From NCBI RefSeq assembly GCF_964194025.1, contig NC_134471.1:30318001-30382000 (forward strand): DNA of 64,000 bases. Reading direction: 5' to 3'. The notes beneath the pieces were generated by a model. It saw only the letters and a program-made list of their open reading frames with translations. It was not told where the DNA came from and did no database searches. The stretch is from Convolutriloba macropyga. Lineage: Eukaryota. The position numbers and the translations under genes are program-made. The first letter of the stretch is position 1. Each line of letters starts with the position of its first letter. Positions 53,621 to 64,000 of the stretch are shown piece after piece.

Positions 53621-55651
53621 AATCGACTTCACAATTGCAAAAAAAAATATTTCAGGCAAGTTTTGTTGAAGTTTTTGTTTTAATCAATTCTGAGCGTCTC
53701 GCGCAAATAAATAACCATCAAGAGTGATAGTACCCCACTCCACAATCCGCGTTTTAGTTCAAAAGTGGGCTTTTGGATCAAATTTTACCACGAGGAACTT
53801 TGGAACTTCTTATTTATTTTTTTTGCGTTGGACTGCAAGTGGTCTGACTGGTTTGTCGATGTAAGAAAAGCACACCCATTCAATTTAAAAACATTGTTGT
53901 CTGCCTCGCTTCAAATAACAGCAAATAAAAATCAGGAATACATCTGAAAGTTTTTTTGGAATCCATTTCAATTGAATTTGTACGAGAACGCGTCCCAAAC
54001 AAATGAAAAAAGGTCTGTTTTTAATGCTGTAAAGATTTTTTTTTCAACTATGGATTCAAAATGTTCGTCATGATCTCCATGTAGAGCAACCTAAGAGCAC
54101 TAGTTTAGAAGAAAATAGGAAAAATGGAATTTTGTCTAAAAGGCTGAGGAAGAAACTTTTTTCGACTTAAAAATGCAAAAAAAATGTTTCGAATATTTTT
54201 TGTAGATAGTTTGAATTTTCCTTGTTTCTGAGAGTTTCCGGGAAGTAAAAAAATCTTTATGGAGTTAATCGCAAAGCTCACTAAATATTCTAAATATTTT
54301 TTTCTTTTTTTTCCATAATGTGGATTTTCATCACTTTTCTCATTATGAAATTCGGAATTTTTATGTAAAATTTTTTTCCTTTCAAATAGTCTGACACTTC
54401 TGTCGATGTCAAAAGTGGCCATCCAATTCATTTTAAACGCTGGTATATCTACCCCGTCAAACAATGCATCTAATTAACTGTTATAAACACGTTTGAAGAT
54501 CTTTACAGAAGCAATTTCAGATTAATTTGTTTGAGCAAAAGTTCAGAGTAATGAAAATTTTAGGAGTCTGTTTCTCATTTTTGATTATTTTCTCTCAACT
54601 TTGTCACCAAAATGGTTTAAAAAAGTTGTGTTTTAGAACTAGGTAGCTGGACCAGCTTATCTAATTGGTTTGCGTTACTTATTGCGCCGACAAAATGCTT
54701 AGTTTGACTTTTAGCTTTCAAAAAATTTCATCCGAGATTTTGAAGCATATCTGATGTTTTACTAATTCAGGGTGCTACAGATGCATACAAATCCTGCTAT
54801 TCAGTCTCCCCTGAAGAAACTTGAAGAAACCCTTGAGGCTATTTGAACTAACAGTTTCACGCAATTCTACATTTTTCTTTTTTCGTCAATTTAATAATTT
54901 CTTGTGTTGATTTTGTTTATGAACTTTGCGTTATCCTGAATACATGTTATTTCTATTGCCTTCAGTGTTATTGTGACTTGCATTGTGTAGCATTTACCCT
55001 TCTGTTTCGTCCATGAAGCTATTTGAACCAATGGTTCATAGTAATTTTTCAATTTTTGTGAATTCAGGCATTTCTTGTTGATGTTGCTTTTTTGTTAATT
55101 TTGTGTTCACCAAATGTGCTTACCCCAAAATAACATAGTATCCCTACATATATGGGTTGGTTGGTTTTTAATTGTATTGAGGAGTGTGCCCAGACATATT
55201 TTGTATCTGGTTTTATGGATTGGAATGGGTCATTTTTTGCTCTGTAGGCGCCGAACCTCGATTTTCGGCCGATTTCGGCCAATTCGGCGGTGACATAATG
55301 TTGAAGTTTTCTGTGTCAAGATTAAAAATTATAGTGTTTTAGATTGCTCAGTTGATGATTAGTATCACTATGTAAAGATTGTACCATCTTTTCACAAGTC
55401 TTGATGGTTTATTTTAGCGAAACTTGAAATTTGGTAGTCAAAATAGGTCATTTGACCAAATGAATGAGTGAAGTGGTGTTTTTTGCAATTGAACAAGTTT
55501 TTGGGCTTGCGTTTTGTGTTTTCTAGACACTATTTAGGTTTTTGAAGCTAATTATATCAAGCAATGGGATTAATTCATCATTTTTTCTTTTTTCACGATT
55601 TCATCAATTTTCTGTGGATGTTGTTTTATGTCAAAACACACAAAACATCAT

Positions 55652-55700
55652 AACCTTCATGGTGAGGTGGGAAATTTTTTCCCACCTCACCATGAAGGTT
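55652..55700. repeat. Perfect 23-bp inverted repeat (hairpin, 3-nt loop)
   Basis: aaccttcatggtgaggtgggaaa (55652-55674) is the exact reverse complement of tttcccacctcaccatgaaggtt (55678-55700). Confidence 0.97.
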
Positions 55701-55799
55701 TATCGTGACCTAGAACGTGGAAGTGGACCAGAATCACACCCCCAAATACGCCGGGAACACTGTTTCACGTTGTTTTACGTCGGTTCCCGAGATCTTGGG

Positions 55800-57460
55800 C
55801 TTCGATTTTAGCCCAAAAAATGGGGTACAGAACAGTATTTTGTTAATATCTGCTAAAGTACTATACCAAATTAAACGGCAGTAGTCGCAATTTGTTGGTA
55901 CTGAACCCTTCTTGCTTGCAGTATTTGGTTGGTTTCTCAAATCGTCCTAATCAAAAAGTTATTAATGGTTAAAGTTGAAAAAAGTCGAATTTTCGGGATA
56001 TTCTGGGTGACCCAAAATTCGGTACCATAAAACACGTGATTTACCCCACAAATGTTAGTGTTTTAGAATCCCCAGTTAGTGGGGAGTCTCCCCATATATA
56101 TTTTGTATGTGGTTTTAAGTAGTCCAGGTGGTCAATTTTAGCGAAACCTGACCCGTACTTGTCCCATTTAGTCATTTGGTACGGTACCTTTATGTTGAAA
56201 TATCTCCTCGTAGAGTGAACCGATTTTTGATCTGTTTGTTGATTTGAACTCAGCGTGAGCCGTTCTTGAATCCCTGTAAATGGCGTTGTGTTTCTTTCAG
56301 CCGTTTTCGAGAAATTGGCCAGGACACATACCTCCATTTTTACCTATTCGTGTCCGGTACATTTCAGGTATGTACATGTTAGACCAACAAAAAAAACGAA
56401 TTTAGCCCCGCGAATTGGTTCTTTAGACTCCCCTGTTAATGAGGATTCTGCTCATATATGTTTTATAGGGCGTTTTATGCAGTTCAGAAGGTCAATTTTA
56501 GCTCTGAATGTGGCGTATCTCTCTTCTGGGGTCAGTTGGTACGGTACCTTATTTTTGCTATAACTCCTCGAAGAATGCACCGATTGGGCTCATTTTTTTA
56601 ATATGATGCGTATCTCAAGCAGTGCTACAAACTGTACTAAGGGGGTTTATTTTTGTTCAGCCGTTTTGGAGAAATTGGCCAGTAAACTTGCCCCGGATTT
56701 TAGCCCCAGAAGAGGTTGACACCAGCGGTTGACACCGCCGTTGACCTGTTATATCTTGAGTTAGACTACAAATTTTAGTGTTTCAGATTCGTGTGTTAGT
56801 GGAGAGTTTGTGTATATGTTTTTGTTCTTCATTATTCTGAAATATTGATGATTTATTTAGCAAACTCTGGTCGGACCAGGTCCCATATTGTTCATTGGTA
56901 CGGTACCTCAATTTTAAAATATCTCCTCGTAGAGTAAACCGATTTTGGATCTGTTTGCTGATCTGAACTCACCGTGAGCCGTACTTTAACTCCTGTAAAT
57001 TTCATGTAATTTGGTTCAGGCGTTATTGAGAAATTAGTGTGTATTTTAGCGAAACGTCAGTTGGGTCAATTTTGGACTTTGGTACCGTACTTAGTTTTGA
57101 TAATAACTGGTCGTATAGTTAACCAATTTTGGATCTGTTTGTTGATTTGAACTCAGCATGAGCTGTACTTTAATCCTTGTAAACGGCGTTTTGTTTCTTT
57201 CAGCCGTTTTTGAGAAATTGGCCTCGAAACATACGGTCATTTTGACGTTTTTGTGACCGGCACGTTTCGCGTTTCTAGTTGTAAAATGATGAAAATTGCT
57301 GATTTTGAGTGCCTTATTAGGCGTGTTGAACTCCTTTTGTAATGGTAAAGCTCCCCATGTATAGTTTTTGTAGGGTTTTTAGGGATTCACGGGGTCTATT
57401 TTGGGTCTGCAGATGACCCCCCAATGATGTTTTATGTACCGTTGATGTATGTTTTATTTG
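55800..57460. repeat. Degenerate tandem repeat region
   Basis: Recurring tggtacggtacc (about 56177, 56537, 56896), ctcctcg.aga.t..accgatt, tgaactca.c.tgagc.gt.ctt and cagccgtttt.gagaaattggcc (about 56299, 56658, 57201). Confidence 0.8.
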
Positions 57461-57567
57461 TAAATTTTTAGAGCTTAGCAAGGTCCCAGCCACACGGGTC
57501 GTGGTGGCGCCTTCGGGCTCTAAATTAGGTAGGCTAGAATTTTTTAAGATAAAACTTTTTCTTTAAG

Positions 57568-58112
57568 ATGTCGAAAGTGATTGTTATTGGAGATTCACAC
57601 CTAAGGCGAATGGAGGACGTTTTCATATTTCCCCCAAACTTCACCATTCTGGCGCAAGGTGGCGCGCATATACGAGTGTGGACTGAAAGAAAGGAGGATA
57701 TCAAAAAGCATGACATCTGCATGGTAATGTTGGGGGGAACAATCTGTTGCCCAAGCCTGGTGACCCCATTGCGTACAAAGAGGAGATCAAAAATGTCTTA
57801 GGCCAGCTTACACAGTTGAGGAATTTCTGTAACCAGCATTCGATACGCCTAATTATCTGGCAAGTCATTAACCGTGTTGCCTCAGTAGATGCTGGTTTTG
57901 ATGTTATCCGAGCTCTAAACAACCGTCTTGCTGACAATAAACTCAAACTGCATTTTCGGACATTCTCTTATAGTGAAGATTTTAATAGTGATGGTGTGCA
58001 TATGAAAGAATGGTGGTACCAAGAAGCTTCAATCAACCTTGTAAATAATTACGATACTGCTCCAGTTGCTAGACCTGATCTGGTTAAATTTGATTTGCAA
58101 AATGTTAATTAA
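57568..58112 (+). CDS. SGNH/GDSL hydrolase-family protein (about 181 aa) with one frameshift in a G homopolymer; pseudogene or sequencing error
   Basis: Block I VIVIGDSH, block II AQGGA and block V SDGVHM. Block III LGGNN is restored by adding one G to the G6 run at 57732-57737, which joins ORFs 57568.. and ..58112. Confidence 0.8.
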
Positions 58113-58329
58113 TTCAACTCCTATGATTGAAATTAATTCATTTTGAAGTTTTTCTTTTGTGATCCTTTTCTTATTTACTGTTTTCAATCAAGATGTTTTC
58201 TTTAACAAGTAGTTTCGATCAGTCGACTAACGGTCTCTTCCGGTATTTGATGAGACATTTGTGCAAAAAAAATCCTGTTTCGCTGCGTTCATCGATAAAT
58301 TTGTGACTGGCTTTTAAAATGGCTCTCAA

Positions 58330-61300
58330 TTAAAATTATCCAAAGGTTGAATTTAATTCTTTATTTGTTCCATCCGATAGTTTTGAATTAAAATCAGTAG
58401 AAATAATGTCTCATCCGATAGCCAGAGAGCCGTATGTACAAACAAAAGCTTGTTTCGCTCCATTCATAGATAATGTTCCGACAGAATTTTAGAAATAACA
58501 ATCCGATTTAAAATTCTCCAAAGGTTAAGTTTGACACTATTTGTTCCATCCGATAGTTGGAGGTTCAAATCATTAGTAATACTGTCTCATCCGATAGCTG
58601 GAGAGAAGTATAAACAAACAAAACTTGTATTGCTTCGTCCGTAGGTATTATTGCGACTGACTTTACAAATGACATTCGATTTAAAATTCTTCCAAAGGTT
58701 AAGTTTAACACTCTATTTGTCCATCCGATAGTTGGAGGTTCAAATCATTAGTAATACTGTCTCATCCGATAGCTGGAGAGAAGTAAAAACAAACAGAAAC
58801 TTGTATCGCTCCGTCCGTATCGCTCCGTTCATAGACAATATTGCGACTAACTTTAGAAATGACACCAATTTAAAATTATCCGAAGGTTAAGTTTAATTCT
58901 TTATTTGTTCCATCCGATAGTTGGAGGTTCAAATCATTATTAATACTGTCTCATCCGATAGCTGGAGAGAAGTATAAACAAACAAAAATTTGTATTGCTC
59001 CTTCCATAGATAATATTGCGACTGACTTTATAAATGACACCAATATAAAATTATCCGAAGGTTAAGTTTAATTCTTTATGTGTTCCATCCGATAGTTGGA
59101 GGTTCAAATCATAAGTAATACTGTCTCATCCGATAGCTGGAGAGAAGTATAAACAAACAAAAATTTGAATTGCTCCTTCCATAGATAATATTGCGACTGA
59201 CTTTATAAATGACACCAATATAAAATTATCCGAAGGTTAAGTTTAATACTTTATGTGTTCCATCCGATAGTTGGAGGTTCAAATCATAAGTAATACTGTC
59301 TCATCCAATAGCTGGAGAGAAGTATAAACAAAAAAAACTTGAAAATTTGTATTTCTCCGTCCATAGATATTATTGCGACTGACTTTATAAATGACATTCG
59401 ATTTAAAATTCTCCCAAAGGTAAAGTTTAACACCCTATTTGTTCCATCCGATAGTTGGAGGTTCAAATCATTAGTAATACTGTCTCATCCGATAGCTGGA
59501 GAGAAGTATAAACAAACAAAAACTTGTATTGCTTCGTCCGTAGGTAATATTGCGACTGACTTTACAAATGACATTCGATTTAAAATTCTTCCAAAGGTTA
59601 AGTTTAACACTCTATTTGTCCATCCGATAGTTGGAGGTTCAAATCATTAGTAATACTGTCTCATCCGATAGCTGGAGAGAAGTATAAACAAACAAAAACT
59701 TGTATTGCTTCGTCCGTAGGTATTATTGCGACTGACTTTAAAAATGACATTCGATTTAAAATTCTTCCAAAGGTTAAGTTTAACACTCTATTTGTCCATC
59801 CGATAGTTGGAGGTTCAAATCACTAGTAATACTGTCTCTTCCGATAGCTGGAGAGAAGTATAAACAAACAGAAACTTGTATCGCTCCGTCCGTATCGCTC
59901 CGTTCATAGACAATATTGCGACTAACTTTAGAAATGACACCAATTTAAAATTATCCGAAGCTTAAGTTTAATTCTTTATTTGTTCCATCCGATAGTTGGA
60001 GGTTCAAATCATTAGTAATACTGTCTCATCCGATAGCTGGAGAGAAGTATAAACAAACAAAAACTTGTATTGCTCCTTCCATAGATAATATTGCGACTGA
60101 CTTTAGAAATGACACCAATATAAAATTATCCGAAGGTTAAGTTTAATTCTTTATTTGTTCCATCCGATAGTTGGAGGTTCAAATCATAAGTAATACTTTC
60201 TCATCCGATAGCTGGAGAGAAGTATAAACAAACAAAAACTTGAAAACTTGTATTTCTCCGTCCATAGATAATATTGCGACTGACTTTATAAATGACATTC
60301 GATTTAAAATTCTTCTAAAGGTAAAGTTGAACACTCTATTTGTCCATCCGATAGTTGGAGGTTCAAATCATTAGTAATACTGTCTCATCCGATAGCTGGA
60401 GAGAAGTAAAAACAAACAGAAACTTGTATCGCTCCGTCCGTATCGCTCCGTTCATAGACAATATTGCGACTAACTTTAGAAATGACACCAATTTAAAATT
60501 ATCCGAAGGTTAAGTTTAATTCTTTATTTGTTCCATCCGATAGTTGGAGGTTCAAATCATTATTAATACTGTCTCATCCGATAGCTGGAGAGAAGTATAA
60601 ACAAACAAAAATTTGTATTGCTCCTTCCATAGATAATATTGCGACTGACTTTATAAATGACACCAATATAAAATTATCCGAAGGTTAAGTTTAATTCTTT
60701 ATGTGTTCCATCCGATAGTTGGAGGTTCAAATCATAAGTAATACTGTCTCATCCGATAGCTGGAGAGAAGTATAAACAAACAAAAATTTGAATTGCTCCT
60801 TCCATAGATAATATTGCGACTGACTTTATAAATGACACCAATATAAAATTATCCGAAGGTTAAGTTTAATTCTTTATGTGTTCCATCCGATAGTTGGAGG
60901 TTCAAATCATAAGTAATACTGTCTCATCCGATAGCTGGAGAGAAGTATAAACAAAAAAAAACTTGAAAATTTGTATTTCTCCGTCCATAGATAATATTGC
61001 GACTGACTTTATAAATGACATTCGATTTAAAATTCTCCCAAAGGTAAAGTTTAACACCCTATTTGTTCCATCCGATAGTTGGAGGTTCAAATCATTAGTA
61101 ATACTGTCTCATCCGATAGCTGGAGAGAAGTATAAACAAACAAAAATTTGTATTGCTCCTTCCATAGATAATATTGCGACTGACTTTATAAATGACACCA
61201 ATATAAAATTATCCGAAGGTTAAGTTTAATTCTTTATGTGTTCCATCCGATAGTTGGAGGTTCAAATCATAAGTAATACTGTCTCATCCGATAGCTGGAG

Positions 61301-61625
61301 AGAAGTATAAACAAACAAAAACTTGAAAACTTGTATTTCTCCGTCCATAGATAATATTGCGACTGACTTTATAAATGACATTCGATTTAAAATTCTCCCA
61401 AAGGTAAAGTTTAACACCCTAATTGTTCCATCCGATAGTTGGAGGTTCAAATAATTAGTAATACTGTCTCATCCGATAGCTGGAGAGAAGTATAAACAAA
61501 CAGAATTTTGTGTCGCTCCGTCCGTATAGTATAACTTTAGAAATGACACCAATTTAAAATTATCCGAAAGTTAAGTTCAATTCTCTGTTTGTTCCATCCG
61601 ATAGTTGGAGGTTCAAATCACTAGT
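58330..61625. repeat. Satellite, monomer about 175-190 bp, about 19 copies
   Basis: ccatccgatagttggaggttcaaat recurs every 175-190 bp, with the internal sub-repeat catccgatagctggag. Several monomer variants are present. Confidence 0.98.
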
Positions 61626-62051
61626 TTGACTCTATAATCATTAGAAGTGTTTTCTAATTAATTGCAAGCGATTTCAATTTGACTCTTCGAGGAAGTCTTA
61701 TCCGATTGTCATTCAACCGGCTTACAACTTTGGCTAAACGGTTGTTGGCTATTTCGACTTGATTCCTCGGGTTAGTCTTATCTGATTGATATTCAACGTG
61801 TTGAAAGTTTTATGATAAACAGTTGCTGGTCTGAGAGTTGACTAATAAATAAAAAAGTGATGTACTTGAAGGGTTAATCGTTCGTCAAAGTGACAGTATT
61901 TATGTTTTTGGAGTTGGCATCTGTCTCCACCGACAGGTAAAACTTACATGAAAAACTATCATCTGAAGCTAGATAAATTGTCGATAGTCTCAATAGTCAC
62001 ATTTTCAATCAGATGTACCTCGCTTCATCAAGTTTCGTTTTTAGAGGAATA

Positions 62052-63665
62052 ATGTCTCTTTCTAAGACCAACGCCGATCTAATTGTTGAGGGACCGCGCT
62101 CAACAAAGGGCTGCAGGCCCATCAGAAATTTTATAGAATCGCCGAGTGCTTTAAAGAAAGCACAGGGTCTGCGGTGGATCTTCTATCACAAATATGACCC
62201 GAATCCCTTCGTGCTTGCTCATAATAGTTCAAACTATCCTTGGAGAGAGATTTCTATTGCCGACAAGCTGTCGATGATCAAAGGCCATAAAATTAATTTC
62301 AAATCGACCGACACAGGAATGTTCAGGGCTTCCTTCGTCAAGATGGTGCCCGCAGCAGAAGTTCAACAGTTTGTTGCAGATGTCTCTTGGAAAATCGCCA
62401 ATTCAAACAAGAGCCTGTCAGACATTAGCTCAATAGCGTTAGTCCACAAATTCTCCACCAAATTGATCTGTAGCATTAGGGATAAACTTATTCTCTGATT
62501 GCCTGTTTCTACCTTTATTTTGCTTCCAATTTATCTATTATGAAGCAAAAAAATAAGCTGTAGCATTAGGGCCGAAGTTATTTTCTGATTGCCTGTTTGT
62601 ACCTTTAATTTGCTTCCAAGTGGAAGCCAACTTATCAGTATGTAATGTCAATCTTAGGGAGGGTTTCAAATGTTTAACGGTCTTAAACTGAATTACAGCA
62701 GGTCTGTTTTCTCTTTAGTGAAACAAGCTCTAACAACGTGGAACCCGAAGACGTCCAAAATGCGCCAAAGCTGGCATCCAAATCTGCTGTGTGAGTTGTT
62801 AAAAACATTTTTTCTAAAAAAAATTCAAATGCAGGGTTTTAAATTGTTCCGAGTCTTTTTTGCACATGTGTACTTTAAATTTGTTTGCTAAAACTAAAAT
62901 TAAACCGACAAAATTGCACTGGTTTCGATGACGATTTTTCACAGGGACAAAGAGAACGAGGATCCAACTGCCCAAGCAAAACAACGGGTAGGCCAAAAGG
63001 CTGCAAAGAGGAAGATCCAGTTCGCCAATGATATCGGGGTGGCCGGAGATGACTACCAAAGCCTACATATCGACCTCGCAAAGTCACGATGCTCAACACC
63101 GCGCAATGTTATCAAAACAACAGCCAAAGAGAACAAAGGCATTGAGACCTACACGATAACGGACGTTATGGACCTGGTAACCAGCAAATTCAACGAAGTG
63201 CTGGACGCTCAAGAGGATAACATGCGGAAAATAATGAAAGAAAATACGATGTTGAGAAAAAGGCTGCTGGAGGTTCTGGGCGACGGTGATAAGCCGGAAT
63301 CATTGAAAAAATTGAAGAAAGCCATAAAGGCGAATCGCGCGGACACCGAACCACTTATGTTTAATGGGAAGGATTTGATGCGTTTCATACCGACGGATGA
63401 AGGGCCATCTGTTTTCGGAAGGACCATAGCTGCAGAGGTTTTCGGCAATGAGAAGGAATGCAAACTTATCAATCAACGTCTTGCACCAAAAGTTCATAGA
63501 AAAAACACCCGGGGTGCATGCGACAGCGAACTTGAAGACATCTTGATACAGTGCGTGAACAGAAACTATATCAATGACACAGACGAAGCTTTGAGTCGCG
63601 CGATAGCTGGAGCCAACCAGTTTGGCACTGAAATGAAACAAAAGCATTTTCCTGACGCTGTATGA
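62052..63665 (+). CDS. Predicted 3-exon gene (392 aa): unknown N-terminal domain, coiled coil and C-terminal BEN-like domain
   Basis: join(62052..62437,62719..62790,62945..63665) = 1179 nt; donors GTTAGT and GTGAGT, acceptors ctttAG and tcacAG, both introns phase 2. The C-terminus SVFGRTIAAEVFGNE...RGACDSELEDILIQCVNRNY...AIAGANQFGTEMK follows BEN-domain helix spacing. A possible 5'-UTR intron lies at 61937-62044. Confidence 0.7.
62468..62619 (+). repeat. Direct repeat of about 62 bp, 2 copies, inside the predicted intron
   Basis: ctgtagcattaggg...ctgattgcctgttt.taccttta.tttgcttccaa at 62468 and 62558. Confidence 0.8.
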
Positions 63666-64000
63666 ACTTGCTGTTCTCCATATGCTGTCTCCTTTAGTGT
63701 TAAATCTATTCCCTGTCAGACACTTGAAGTTGCGTTCACTTATTCTGTTTCCTCTAATGCCATTGTTCAATATTGTTTTCTTGTTTTTCCTTCTGTGTTT
63801 CAGCTCATAAATTTTGTGCTTCTTATCCTAATGCATCTCTTTATGTTCTAATAATTACTTCTGCGTTTCATCCGTGAGCGTTTTGATGTCTTAAGTTGAA
63901 TACTAATTGTATCTAGCGCTCAAATTGTTCTTCTTTGAGAATTTAGCACGCAGGCGTTTGAGCAGCAAGACCTTAGTTTGTGATTTATTTTCTCAAAATC

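Noticed and set aside
58330-61625. CRISPR-like array of regularly spaced conserved motifs
   Set aside because: The sequence between motifs is itself repeated, so there are no unique spacers; no cas genes are present and the context is eukaryotic. It is a satellite.
63209-63770. Minus-strand ORFs of 87 and 156 aa
   Set aside because: Antisense shadows of the BEN-like coding exon.

Overview
AT-rich, repeat-dense metazoan (invertebrate-like) genomic DNA; not prokaryotic. Host genes, all on the minus strand: the 5' part of a KChIP/neuronal-calcium-sensor gene (two clear exons at 1953-2147 and 682-842, probable first exon at 16357-16369), a complete four-exon SIAH/seven-in-absentia E3 ligase (38578-40293, 307 aa), and F-box/LRR-like ORFs (28092-28976 and 23373-24068). 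Mobile DNA dominates: a decayed full-length BEL/Pao LTR retrotransposon (about 7099-14224), two decayed CRE-like non-LTR elements, LINE and Gypsy-like remnants, and four copies of a 1.6-3.6 kb non-autonomous element with DINE-1/HINE (Helentron) terminal architecture, one split by the BEL element. There is also a near-identical 1847-bp tandem duplication (33381-37074). The last 13 kb is an unusual module: a 366-bp tandem array, a perfect 23-bp hairpin followed by degenerate repeats, an SGNH hydrolase ORF with one homopolymer frameshift, a 175-190-bp satellite with higher-order structure, and a three-exon coiled-coil plus BEN-like gene. This may be cargo of a large DNA or rolling-circle element, but no transposase or Rep/helicase is visible in the window. 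All calls come from reading the sequence by eye; no searches were run.
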